Source of the DNA: an uncultured Solirubrobacteraceae bacterium
Lineage (GTDB): Bacteria; Actinomycetota; Thermoleophilia; Solirubrobacterales; Solirubrobacteraceae
Direction: 5' to 3'
DNA length: 64,000 nucleotides
NCBI GenBank assembly: GCA_963722815.1
Contig: CAVROM010000008.1
Coordinates: 21,235 to 85,234 of the forward strand
Positions 1 through 9,043 of this stretch are shown here, piece by piece. Numbering within the stretch: position 1 is the stretch's first letter; each line of letters starts with the position of its first letter. The notes under the pieces were generated by a model. That model did no database searches and was not told the DNA's origin. It saw only the letters and a list, made by a program, of their open reading frames with translations. The position numbers and the translations under genes are program-made.

Positions 1-686
1 TCACCCGCCTGGCCGAGGAGCTGCGCGACGCGCCGCACGCCGTACAGGACTCGCGGCTCAACGACATCATCCTCGGGCGCTTCATGTCGGCCAAGGGCGA
101 CGACTCGTTCCCGATGCAGCCGCCGCGCGCGCTGTGGGAGATCCGCGACGCGATGCGCCGCGAGGACCTGCTGATCTCCGACGTCGGCCTGCACAAGCTG
201 TGGATCGCGCGCATGTTCCCCGCCCACGAGCCGAACACGGTGTTCATCGCCAACGGGCTGGCCGGGATGGGGATCGCGCTGCCGACCGCGATCGCGGCCA
301 AGCTCGTCCACCCGGAGCGCAACGTGATCACGGTCAACGGCGACGGTGGCTTCCTCATGAACTGCCAGGAGCTGGAGACCGCCGTGCGGCTCAAGACCCC
401 GATCGTCAACGTGATCTGGGAGAACTCGCAGTACGGCTCGATCGTCTGGAAGCAGGACAAGAAGTTCGGCCGCCACTTCGGCGTCGACTTCACCAACCCC
501 GACTTCGTCAAGCTCGCCGACGCGTTCGGCATGCCGGCGTGGCGGTGCGAGAAGACCGAGGACTTCGGCCGCCACCTGCGCCACGCGCTGACCCTCGACC
601 TGCCGTCACTGATCGTGCTGCCGATCGACTACTCGATCGACGTGGCGATCTCGGAAGAACTCGGAACGGAGACAGTTGCCGCATGA
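1..686 (+). CDS. acetolactate synthase-like thiamine-diphosphate enzyme, C-terminal fragment (5' end outside window)
   Basis: Frame is open from the window edge into ORF 84..686. It carries a C-terminal TPP-binding module (GDGGFLMNCQELET, NVIWENSQYGSIVWKQ, FGVDFTNPDFVKLADAFG) typical of catabolic AlsS-type enzymes. Stop is TGA 684-686. Confidence 0.8.
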   Translation, partial: TRLAEELRDAPHAVQDSRLNDIILGRFMSAKGDDSFPMQPPRALWEIRDAMRREDLLISDVGLHKLWIARMFPAHEPNTVFIANGLAGMGIALPTAIAAKLVHPERNVITVNGDGGFLMNCQELETAVRLKTPIVNVIWENSQYGSIVWKQDKKFGRHFGVDFTNPDFVKLADAFGMPAWRCEKTEDFGRHLRHALTLDLPSLIVLPIDYSIDVAISEELGTETVAA

Positions 687-2152
687 GCATCACCGCTGAG
701 CAAGAGAAGAGCGCCCTCACCAACGTCAACACGCAGCTGTTCATCGGCGGCGAGTGGCGCGAGGCGTCGGGCGGCGCCACGCTCGACATCGAGGACCCGT
801 CGACCGGCGAGGCGATCGCCAGCGTCGCCGACGCCACGCCCGACGACGCCTCCGCGGCGCTCGACGCCGCCTGCGCCGTGCAGGGCGAGTGGGCCGCGCA
901 CCCGCCGCGCGAGCGCGGGGAGATCCTCCGCCGCGCCTACGAGGCGCTCACCGCCAAGGCCGACGAGCTCGCGCTCGTGATGACGCTCGAGATGGGCAAG
1001 CCGATCGCGGAGTCGAAGGCCGAGATCGCCTACGCCTCGGAGTTCTTCCGCTGGTTCGCCGAGGAGGCGGTGCGGATCGAGGGCCGCTTCGCGACCGCGC
1101 CGAACGGCGCCGGGCGGCTGCTGACCATGCGCCAGCCGGTCGGCCCGTGTTACTTCATCACGCCCTGGAACTTCCCCATGGCGATGGGGACGCGCAAGAT
1201 CGGGCCGGCGATCGCGGCGGGCTGCACGATGGTGGTCAAGCCCGCGCAGCAGACCCCACTCTCGATGCTCGCGCTGGGCGAGATCCTCGAGGAGGCCGGG
1301 CTGCCGGCCGGCGTGCTCAACATCGTCACCTCGAGCAAGTCGAGCGACGTCTCGAAGCCGATCATCGGCGACGCGCGGCTGCGCAAGCTCTCCTTCACCG
1401 GCTCGACCGAGGTCGGGCGCAAGCTGATCGAGCAGTCGGCGCACAACATCCTGCGCGTGTCGATGGAGCTGGGCGGGAACGCGCCCTTCCTCGTCTTCGA
1501 CGACGCCGACGTCGACGCCGCCGTCGAGGGCGCCGTGATCGCCAAGATGCGCAACATCGGCGAGGCGTGCACGGCGGCCAACCGCTTCCACGTCGGCGAG
1601 AAGGTGGCCGACGAGTTCACCGAGAAGCTCGCCGCCCAGCTCGCCGACATGCCGGTCGGGCGCGGCACCGAGGACGAGGTCAAGGTCGGCCCGCTGATCG
1701 ACGCCACCCAGCGCGAGAAGGTCAAGGAGCTCGTCGACGACGCGACCTCGAAGGGCGCCGAGGTCGTGCTCGGCGGCACCGAGCGCGACGGCGCCGGCTA
1801 CTTCTACGACCCGACCGTGCTCTCCGGCGTGCCGGTGGAGGCGCGGCTGCTCAAGGAGGAGATCTTCGGCCCGGTCGCGCCGGTGGCGACGTTCGACGAC
1901 GAGGAGGCCGCGGTGGCGGCCGCCAACGACACCGAGTACGGGCTCGTCGCCTACGTCTACACGCGCGACATCAAGCGTGCGTTCCGCGTCTGCGAGGCGC
2001 TGGAGACCGGCATGATCGGGCTCAACCAGGGACTCGTCTCGAACCCGGCGGCGCCGTTCGGCGGCGTCAAGCAGTCCGGCTTCGGGCGCGAAGGCGGCGC
2101 CGAGGGCATCCAGGAGTACCTCGAGGTCAAGTACGTCGCGATGAACCTGTGA
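683..2152 (+). CDS. gabD: succinate-semialdehyde dehydrogenase (NAD(P)+), aldehyde dehydrogenase family
   Basis: ATG 683 overlaps the upstream stop (ATGA). ALDH motifs FITPWNFP, MELGGNAP, EEIFGPV and GGVKQSGFGREG are present. Overall similarity, recalled from memory, is to GabD/SSADH. Confidence 0.9.
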   Translation: MSITAEQEKSALTNVNTQLFIGGEWREASGGATLDIEDPSTGEAIASVADATPDDASAALDAACAVQGEWAAHPPRERGEILRRAYEALTAKADELALVMTLEMGKPIAESKAEIAYASEFFRWFAEEAVRIEGRFATAPNGAGRLLTMRQPVGPCYFITPWNFPMAMGTRKIGPAIAAGCTMVVKPAQQTPLSMLALGEILEEAGLPAGVLNIVTSSKSSDVSKPIIGDARLRKLSFTGSTEVGRKLIEQSAHNILRVSMELGGNAPFLVFDDADVDAAVEGAVIAKMRNIGEACTAANRFHVGEKVADEFTEKLAAQLADMPVGRGTEDEVKVGPLIDATQREKVKELVDDATSKGAEVVLGGTERDGAGYFYDPTVLSGVPVEARLLKEEIFGPVAPVATFDDEEAAVAAANDTEYGLVAYVYTRDIKRAFRVCEALETGMIGLNQGLVSNPAAPFGGVKQSGFGREGGAEGIQEYLEVKYVAMNL

Positions 2153-2721
2153 CAGACCCGCTCCCCCGCGTCCGCGACTGGATCGCCGAAGCGACCTCCG
2201 CCGGCGTGCCGGAGCCCGACGCCGCCGCGCTCTCCACCGCCTCGCCCGACGGGCGCCCGTCCGTGCGCTTCGTGCTCGTGCGCGGGGTCGACGAGCGCGG
2301 GCTGCGCTTCTTCACCAACTACGGCAGCCGCAAGGGACGCGAGCTCGACGCCAACCCGTTCGCCGCGCTCGCGATGTGGTGGCCCGGCCTGCAGCGCCAG
2401 CTGCGCGCCGAGGGCCCGGTGGAGCGGCTCGGCGCCGAGGAGTCCGACGCCTACTTCGCCTCGCGCCCGCGCGGCTCCCGGCTCGGCGCCTGGGCGTCGC
2501 AGCAGGGCACGGTGATTCCCGGCCGGGAGGTGCTCGACGACAAGCTCGAGGCGCTCGGGGAGCAGTACGGCGACGAGGTCCCGCGCCCCGACTACTGGGG
2601 CGGCTTCCTCCTGCGCCCGCGGGCGATCGAGTTCTGGGAGGGCCGCGCCAACCGCCTGCACGACCGCACGCACTTCCTGCGCGACGGCGACGGCTGGCGC
2701 AGCGAGCGGCTCAGCCCGTAG
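2149..2721 (+). CDS. pdxH: pyridoxamine 5'-phosphate oxidase
   Basis: GTG 2149 overlaps the gabD stop (GTGA). PNPOx motifs are present: RFVLVRG..GLRFFTNYGSRKG, YFASRPRGSRLGAWAS, IEFWEGRANRLHDR. Confidence 0.9.
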   Translation: MTDPLPRVRDWIAEATSAGVPEPDAAALSTASPDGRPSVRFVLVRGVDERGLRFFTNYGSRKGRELDANPFAALAMWWPGLQRQLRAEGPVERLGAEESDAYFASRPRGSRLGAWASQQGTVIPGREVLDDKLEALGEQYGDEVPRPDYWGGFLLRPRAIEFWEGRANRLHDRTHFLRDGDGWRSERLSP

Positions 2722-2926
2722 TGCGGCGGAACAGGATCGCGCAGATGACCGCCACCACGGCGGCCAGCACGGCGAGCCCCCACCCGAGCACGCCGACGAT
2801 CGCCAGGATCGCGCCGACCACGGCGACGAGCCCGGCGGCGCCGCCGAGCTGCACCAGCCGGTAGGCGCGCTGCTCGCGCGCCCGGCGCGACGGCGTCGAG
2901 CCGCCGCGCTTCTCGAGGCCGCTCAC
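2711..2926 (-). CDS. small hypothetical membrane protein (two predicted TM helices)
   Basis: 71-aa ORF whose start overlaps the fumC stop. It has a hydrophobic core (LVAVVGAILAIVGVLGWGLAVLAAVVAVICAILF). No family recognised. Confidence 0.45.
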   Translation of the reverse strand: MSGLEKRGGSTPSRRAREQRAYRLVQLGGAAGLVAVVGAILAIVGVLGWGLAVLAAVVAVICAILFRRTTG

Positions 2927-4260
2927 GCGTCGGCCTTCGAGCCGGCGGCGATCTTGCGCAGGTCGAGCGCCTTGTCGAGCGTCTCCTCGTCGACGCCGTG
3001 CTCACGCGCGACCTCGCGCAGCGTGCCGCCGCTCTCCGACGCCGCCTTGACGATCTCGGCCGCCTTGTCGTAGCCGATGAAGGGATTGAGCGCGGTGGCG
3101 ACGGCGAGCGTGCCCTCGGCCGAGTTCCGCAGCCCCTCCTCGTTGGGCTGGATGCCGTCGACGCACTTCTCGGCGAGCAGCCTCGAGGCGTTCGACAGCA
3201 GCTCGATCGACTGCAGCAGGTTGCGCGCGATCAGCGGGATGCGCACGTTGAGCTCGAACTGGCCCTGCATGCCGCCGATCGTGATCGCGGTGTCGTTGCC
3301 GATCACCTGCGCGGCGACCTGGAGCGCGACCTCGGGCATCACCGGGTTGACCTTGCCGGGCATGATCGACGAGCCCTTCTGCAGCTCGGGCAGGTAGATC
3401 TCGCCGATGCCGACGCGCGGGCCGGAGCCCAGCAGCGCGAGGTCGTTGGCGATCTTGCTGAGCGAGACCGCGATCACCTTCAGCGCGCCGGAGAGCTCGA
3501 CGAGCGCGTCGCGGTTGGCCTGGGCCTCGAACGGGTCCTCGGGCGGCGAGATCTCGAGGCCGGAGCCGGCGCTCAGCTTCTCGCGCACCTTGCCCGCGAA
3601 GTCGGCGTGGGTGTTGAGCCCCGTGCCGGTCGCGGTGCCGCCGAGCGGGATCTGCGCGACCTGCGGGAGCGCGTTGCGGACGCGCTTGGCGCCGAGGCGG
3701 ATCTGCGCGGCGTAGCCGCCGAACTCCTGCCCGAGCGTGACCGGCACCGCGTCCATCAGGTGCGTGCGGCCGGACTTCACGAGGTCCTTGAACGCCTCGG
3801 CCTTCGCGCTCAGCGAGCCCTCGAGCTGCTCCAGCGCCGGCAGCAGCGCGTTGGTCGCCTGGTCGAGCGCGGCGAGGTGGACGGCGCTCGGGAAGACGTC
3901 GTTGGACGACTGCCCCATGTTCACGTGGTCGTTGGGGTGGGCGCCCTCGCCGGCGAGGTTGGCGATCACCTCGTTGGCGTTCATGTTCGACGAGGTGCCC
4001 GAGCCGGTCTGGAAGACGTCGATCGGGAACTGGTCGTCGTGCTTGCCCTCGGCGATCTCGTCGCCGGCCTCGGCGATCCGCTGGGCGACGTCCTCGTCGA
4101 GCAGGCCGAGCTCGGCGTTCGCACGGGCGGCGGCGCCCTTGATGCGGCCGAGCCAGCGCACGACGTGCACGGGCACGCGCTCGCCGGAGACGGGGAAGTT
4201 GTCGACGGCCTTGCGGGTCTCGCCGCCCCAAAGCTCAGTGGTGGTGTCTTGCGCGCTCAT
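2923..4260 (-). CDS. fumC: class II fumarate hydratase
   Basis: ATG 4260 (MSAQDTTTELWGG). Lyase_1 signatures are present: DDQFPIDVFQTGSGTSSNMNANEV, GRTHLMDAVPVTLGQEF, GSSIMPGKVNP. The match resembles actinobacterial Fum, but the N-terminus is about 25 aa shorter than the mycobacterial enzyme. Confidence 0.92.
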   Translation of the reverse strand: MSAQDTTTELWGGETRKAVDNFPVSGERVPVHVVRWLGRIKGAAARANAELGLLDEDVAQRIAEAGDEIAEGKHDDQFPIDVFQTGSGTSSNMNANEVIANLAGEGAHPNDHVNMGQSSNDVFPSAVHLAALDQATNALLPALEQLEGSLSAKAEAFKDLVKSGRTHLMDAVPVTLGQEFGGYAAQIRLGAKRVRNALPQVAQIPLGGTATGTGLNTHADFAGKVREKLSAGSGLEISPPEDPFEAQANRDALVELSGALKVIAVSLSKIANDLALLGSGPRVGIGEIYLPELQKGSSIMPGKVNPVMPEVALQVAAQVIGNDTAITIGGMQGQFELNVRIPLIARNLLQSIELLSNASRLLAEKCVDGIQPNEEGLRNSAEGTLAVATALNPFIGYDKAAEIVKAASESGGTLREVAREHGVDEETLDKALDLRKIAAGSKADA

Positions 4261-4718
4261 AGGGCCGAAACGGTATCGACGCGCGCGCCGGGCCCCGGCT
4301 CGGGGGTCACCTTGCGCGGGTCGAGCGGCTCGCCGCAGTGGCTGCAGACCATCGTCGGCGAGGCGTGGTGCCCGCACTCCTGGTGGTAGAGCAGCAGCGG
4401 CGGGCCCTCGTCGCCGGCGAGGTACTCGTCGCCCCAGCGGAGGATCGCGACGACCGCCGGATAGAGGTCGCGGCCCATCGCGGTCAGCTTGTACTCGAAG
4501 CGCTCGGGGTCCTGCTGGTAGCGGATCTTCTCGAGGATCCCGGAGCGGGTGAGCGTCTGCAGGCGCGCCGAGAGGATGTTGCGGGCGATCCCCAGGTTGC
4601 GCTGCAGCTCGGTGAAGCGGCGGACGCCGAAGAACGCCTCGCGCACGATCAGGAACGTCCAGCGCTCGCCGAGGACCTCCATCGCGCGGCCGATCGAACA
4701 GGGCTCGTGCTGCACCAT
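4257..4718 (-). CDS. HxlR-family winged-helix transcriptional regulator with Cys/His-rich C-terminal tail
   Basis: CSIGRAMEVLGERWTFLIVREAFFGVRRFTELQRNLGIARNILSARL is a typical HxlR core. The tail HQECGHHASPTMVCSHCGEP may bind metal. Confidence 0.85.
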   Translation of the reverse strand: MVQHEPCSIGRAMEVLGERWTFLIVREAFFGVRRFTELQRNLGIARNILSARLQTLTRSGILEKIRYQQDPERFEYKLTAMGRDLYPAVVAILRWGDEYLAGDEGPPLLLYHQECGHHASPTMVCSHCGEPLDPRKVTPEPGPGARVDTVSAL

Positions 4719-4732
4719 GTCACCGTATCGCG

Positions 4733-5695
4733 ATGGCGATCCCGGTCTTTGACGGACACAACGACGTGCTGATCCGCGACCATTCGTTCGCCGGCACCTC
4801 GGACGAGGGTCACCTCGACCTCGCGCGCGCCCGCGCCGGCGGGTTCGCGGGCGGCTTCTTCGCGATCTTCACGCCGCACCCCGACGGCTATGCGCCCGAC
4901 GGCGAGCCGGAGCCGCCCGTCGAGCACGACCTCGCCATCGGCCATACCTTCGCGGGCATCCGCAAGCTGCTCGCGCTCGAGCGGGCGGGAGCGCTGCGCG
5001 TGGCGCGCTCGCCCGGCGACCTCGAGCTGGGCGGGGACATCGTCGCCGTCATGCACATCGAGGGCGCCGAGGCGATCGACCCCGGCCTCGAGCTGCTGCC
5101 CGCGCTGCACGCGCTCGGGCTGCGCTCGATCGGCCCGACGTGGAGCCGGCCGAACGCGTTCGCCCACGGCGTGACCTCCGAGGGCGGCCTGACCGACGCC
5201 GGGCGCGCGCTCGTGCGCGCGTGCGAGGAGCTGGGCGTCCTCGTCGACCTCTCGCATCTGAACGAGCGCAGCTTCTGGGACGTGACGGCGATCGCCGAGC
5301 GCCCGCTGGTCGTGACGCACGCGTGCGCCGCGGCGCTCACGCCGCACGAGCGCAACCTCACCGACCGGCAGCTCGACGCGGTCGGCGAATCCGGCGGCGT
5401 GGTCGGCATCTGCTTCCACGACGAGTTCGCCGGCCCGCGGCGCGAGGACATCGCGCGCCACGCGCACTACGTCGCCGAGCGGATCGGGCCGGAGCACGTC
5501 GCGCTCGGCTCCGACTTCGACGGCTGCGAGCTGCCCGCCGGCCTCCGCGGCGCGCAGGACCTTCCGCTGATCCTCGACGATCTCGGGTGGGAGGAGCCGG
5601 AGCTGCGGCTCGTCGCGCACGAGAACTTTCTGCGCGTGCTGCGTCAGGTGCAGAACGCCGCGAGCTCGCGCGCCATCCCGACCGGGTCGTCGTAG
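4733..5695 (+). CDS. membrane dipeptidase (peptidase M19 family)
   Basis: PVFDGHNDVL, VDLSHLNERSFWDV, THACAAAL and GSDFDG motifs of renal-dipeptidase-type metallopeptidases. Confidence 0.85.
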   Translation: MAIPVFDGHNDVLIRDHSFAGTSDEGHLDLARARAGGFAGGFFAIFTPHPDGYAPDGEPEPPVEHDLAIGHTFAGIRKLLALERAGALRVARSPGDLELGGDIVAVMHIEGAEAIDPGLELLPALHALGLRSIGPTWSRPNAFAHGVTSEGGLTDAGRALVRACEELGVLVDLSHLNERSFWDVTAIAERPLVVTHACAAALTPHERNLTDRQLDAVGESGGVVGICFHDEFAGPRREDIARHAHYVAERIGPEHVALGSDFDGCELPAGLRGAQDLPLILDDLGWEEPELRLVAHENFLRVLRQVQNAASSRAIPTGSS

Positions 5696-6483
5696 GCCAT
5701 CAGGAAGCCGGTGCCGGGCAGCACGCGCAGCTGCGCGTCGGGCAGCAGGCCGAGCGCCTCCTCGGCGATCTCCACCGGGTGCAGGCGGTCCTCGTCGGCC
5801 CACAGCAGCAGCGTCGGGACGTCGATCAGCTCGTAGGCGTCGAGCAGGTCGGACTGCGCGCCGGTCGGCCAGCGCCGGGCCGCGCGGGCCCAGGCGCGGG
5901 CGCGGGTGGCGTCGCCGCCGACGTCGGCGAACGCGTGGCGCACGAGGTCGCGCGCCGCCGGGTTGCCGCGCGCGGTCAGCGCCTCGCCGGCCTGGGGGCG
6001 GAACGCGAGCCGCGCGGCGTGGGAGAGCGCCCGGTCGAGCCCGGGCACGGCGCCGGCGCGCGCCGCGCCGAGCACGATCCGCTCGAGCCGCTGGCGAGTC
6101 GGGCGGCGGTGCAGCGCGCTCGGCATCAGGACCAGCCGGCCGGGGTGCAGCTGCCGCGTCTGCACGGCGCGCAGCAGGATCAGCGCGCCGACGTCGTGGC
6201 CGCCGACCAGCGGGCGCGGCCCGCACACCTCGCGGCAGAAGCCGGCGATCACCTCGGCCATCCAGTCCGGCGAATACGGGTGCCGCGGGCGGTCCTCGGA
6301 GTCGCCGTGGAGCGGCAGGTCGGGCAGCACGAGGCGGAAGCGATCGGACAGCTCCTCGACCAGCGGCTCGAACTCGCGGTGGGTCAGCAGCGCCGAGTGC
6401 AGGAGCGCGAGCGGGGGCCCGGTGCCCGCCTCGCGGTAGGCGACGCGCGCGCCGTCATGGTGGTGGTAGAGGCGGAGCTTCAT
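5644..6483 (-). CDS. alpha/beta-fold hydrolase (Asp-nucleophile type, GGHDVG elbow)
   Basis: 279-aa ORF with an HG-type oxyanion region (LALLHSAL) and the nucleophile elbow VGGHDVGA, as in epoxide hydrolase/haloalkane dehalogenase-like enzymes. It overlaps the 3' end of the dipeptidase gene convergently by 52 nt. Confidence 0.8.
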   Translation of the reverse strand: MKLRLYHHHDGARVAYREAGTGPPLALLHSALLTHREFEPLVEELSDRFRLVLPDLPLHGDSEDRPRHPYSPDWMAEVIAGFCREVCGPRPLVGGHDVGALILLRAVQTRQLHPGRLVLMPSALHRRPTRQRLERIVLGAARAGAVPGLDRALSHAARLAFRPQAGEALTARGNPAARDLVRHAFADVGGDATRARAWARAARRWPTGAQSDLLDAYELIDVPTLLLWADEDRLHPVEIAEEALGLLPDAQLRVLPGTGFLMAYDDPVGMARELAAFCT

Positions 6484-6496
6484 AGGGTGACTGGCC

Positions 6497-7794
6497 GTGC
6501 TGCGCTCACCCTACGACCGCGAGATCCTCCGGCTCGCCGCGCCCGCGCTCGGCGCGCTGGCCGCCGAGCCGCTGTACGTGCTGGTCGACACCGCGATCGT
6601 GGGCCACCTCGGGACGACCCAGCTCGCCGCGCTGGCAATCGCGGCGACGGTGCTGAGCTCGGCCTTCACGATCTTCAACTTCCTCACCTACGGCACCACG
6701 GCGCGCGTCGCGCGCCTGCACGGCGCCGGCCGCGACGAGGAGGCGGCCGCGCTCGGCGCGCAGGCGCTGTGGCTGGCGGTGGCGATCGGGCTGGTGCTGG
6801 CGCTGTTCGCGGCGGCGCTCGCCGAGCCGGTGGCGCGCATCATGGGCGCCGACGGGCGGATCCTCGACCAGGCGGTGCTGTACCTGCGGATCGCGGCGCT
6901 CGGCTCGCCGTTCTTCATGCTCGCCGCGGCGGGCCAGGGCTTCCTGCGCGGGGTCGGCGACCTGCGCACCCCGCTGTTGATCCTGATCGCCGCGCACAGC
7001 GTCAACGTCGTGCTCGAGCTGCTGTTCGTCTACGGCTTCGACTGGGGGATCGCGGGCTCGGCGTGGGGCACGGTGATCGCCCAGGTCGGCATGGGCGCCG
7101 CGTTCGTGTGGGTGCAGGCGCGGGCGTCGGGCTGGGAGCCGCCGAACCTCGAGCGGATCCGCTCGCTGCTGCAGATCGGCGGCGAGATCGCGGTGCGCAC
7201 GACCGCGCTGCTCGGCTCGTTCCTGGTCGCCTCGGCGGTGCTGGCGCGGGTCGGCGCGTCGTCGCTGGCCGCGCACCAGATCGCGTTCCAGCTCTTCGTC
7301 TTCCTCGCGCTCGTGCTCGACGCGATCGCGATCGCCGGGCAGGTGATGGTGGGGCGGATGCTCGGCGCCGGCGACCCGGGCGGCGCGCGCGCCGCGGCGG
7401 TGCGGATGATCGGCTGGTCGGTGCTCGTCGGCGCGTTCTTCGCGCTCGCCTGCTCGCGCTCGAGGGCGTGATCCCGCGCGCGTTCACCTCCGACGACGCG
7501 GTCATCGATCGCGCGCACGCGGTCTGGCCGCTGTTCGCCGCGATCATCCCGCCGGGCGCGGCGGTCTTCGCGCTCGACGGGATCCTCATCGGCGCCTCCG
7601 ACACCCGCTACCTGATGTGGAGCATGCTCGCCGCGGCCGCGGTCTACATCCCGCTCGCGCTGCTCGCGCTGCACCAGGGCTGGGGGATCGTGGGCGTGTG
7701 GGCGGGGCTCGCCGCGCTCTTCGCGGTGCGGCTGCTGACGCTCGGCGTGCGCTTCGCTGGGCAGCGATGGGCGCTCACCGGCGCCCCGGCGTAG
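6497..7794 (+). pseudogene. MATE family efflux transporter (DinF-like), one frame change as written
   Basis: ORF 6497..7471 (REILRLAAPALGALAAEPLYVLVDTAIVGHLG, multi-TM) stops after GAFFALA. The homologous C-terminus (LLALEGVIPRAFTSDDAVIDRA...) continues in the frame ending at 7794. The shift is at about 7450, consistent with one base missing in a gcc/ctg context. Confidence 0.85.
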
Positions 7795-8971
7795 TACCTT
7801 CGCCCCCGCGCATGCGCCGGATCGCCGCCCTCCTGTTCTGCTTCGTCCTGCTCGCGCCGGCCGCGCCCGCGCTTGCGCAGCAGAGCCCGTTCGGCCCGCT
7901 GCCGCAGCCGGCGGAGCCGACGCCGACCCCGACGCCCGAACACACACCAACGTGCTCGGGCAGGACGTGGGGCGGACGACGCTCTACATCATCGGCGCCG
8001 CGCTGCTCGTCTTCTTCGTCTTCATCGGCTGGTGGATCTCGCGCGACGCGCGCAGCACGCTGCACGAGGGCCCGCGCAGCGCCGAGGAGGAGCGCCGCCG
8101 CCACGACCCGCACGAGCGCCACCGCCGCCAGCGCGAGAAGGAGCGTGCGCGCAAGAAGACGCGCGCCCAGAAGCAGGCGCGCAAGGCGCACCGCAAGCGC
8201 TAGATCGCGTAGCGGGTCTGCGGCGGGTCGATGCCCCTGCGCGCGCATGCCGGCCTCGATCACGTCGATCGTCGTCTCGATGATCTTGATCCGCGCCCAC
8301 TTCTTCGAGTCGCCCTCGACGAGGTACCAGGGCGCGCCCGGCTGGTCGGTGAACTCGAGCATGTCCTCGATCGCCGCCTTGTACTGCTTGCGCTTCTCGC
8401 GGTTGCGCCAGTCCTCGTCGGTGAGCTTCCACGACTTCAGCGGGTCGATCTCGCGCGCCTTGAACCGCTTGAGCTGCTCCTTGCTGGAGAGGTGGATGAA
8501 GAACTTGACCAGGATCGTCCCCTCGGACACCAGCATGCGCTCGAAGTCGTTGATCTCGCCGTACGCGCGCTGCCACTGCTCCTTGGTCGCGAACTTCTCG
8601 ACCCGCTCCACGAGCACGCGCCCGTACCACGAGCGGTCGTAGACCGCCATGCCGCCCCGGCCCGGCAGCGGGTCCCAGAAGCGCAGCAGCCAGTGGTGGC
8701 GCTTCTCGTCAAAGCTCGGCGCCGCGAACTGCTGGACCCGCACGTGACGCGGGTCGAGGCCCGCGACGAGCCGCTTGATCGCGCCGCCCTTCCCGCTCGC
8801 GTCCCAGCCCTCGAAGATCACCAGCACCGGCGGCCCGATCTCGTGGTCGCCGACCTGGCCGCCGAGCGCGAGCCGCAGCGCGAGAAGGCGCTTCTGGCCG
8901 GCGTCGAGGCGCGCCTGCTCCTGCTCGGCGGACAGCCGGAGCGTCAGGTCGAGATCGTCGAGGCGGCCCAC
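7775..8971 (-). CDS. ppk2: polyphosphate kinase 2 (PPK2); 3' end doubtful
   Basis: GTG 8971. Motifs FEGWDASGKGG, RFWDPLPGRG, YDRSWYGRVLVERV and KLTDEDWRNREK are present. Homology ends near 8200. The as-written frame runs on to 7775, antisense to the 7812..8203 gene. A 1-nt shift at about 8230 would give ...IDPPQTRYAI followed by a stop at about 8200. Confidence 0.85.
   Translation of the reverse strand: MGRLDDLDLTLRLSAEQEQARLDAGQKRLLALRLALGGQVGDHEIGPPVLVIFEGWDASGKGGAIKRLVAGLDPRHVRVQQFAAPSFDEKRHHWLLRFWDPLPGRGGMAVYDRSWYGRVLVERVEKFATKEQWQRAYGEINDFERMLVSEGTILVKFFIHLSSKEQLKRFKAREIDPLKSWKLTDEDWRNREKRKQYKAAIEDMLEFTDQPGAPWYLVEGDSKKWARIKIIETTIDVIEAGMRAQGHRPAADPLRDLALAVRLARLLLGARLLARTLLLALAAVALVRVVAAALLLGAARALVQRAARVARDPPADEDEEDEQRGADDVERRPPHVLPEHVGVCSGVGVGVGSAGCGSGPNGLCCASAGAAGASRTKQNRRAAIRRMRGGEGTTPGRR
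7812..8203 (+). pseudogene. small signal-peptide/TM protein with Arg/Lys-rich tail, apparent frame change
   Basis: From ATG 7812: MRRIAALLFCFVLLAPAAPALA plus a Pro/Thr linker. The frame switches near 7945 into ORF 7952..8203, which has a TM helix (LYIIGAALLVFFVFIGWWI) and a basic tail. The second ORF could also stand alone from GTG 7952. Confidence 0.4.
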
Positions 8972-9043
8972 TTAGTGCCGATTCGTATCAAGTCGCGTCG
9001 GGTACGCCTCGATAAGCCACTTTCTACTGGGAGGAGAAAGACG

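Noticed and set aside
8200-8203. CTAG shared by convergent stops of the small basic-tail protein and PPK2, as a deliberate overlap.
   Set aside because: It depends on an assumed frameshift in the PPK2 3' end and cannot be established from this sequence alone.
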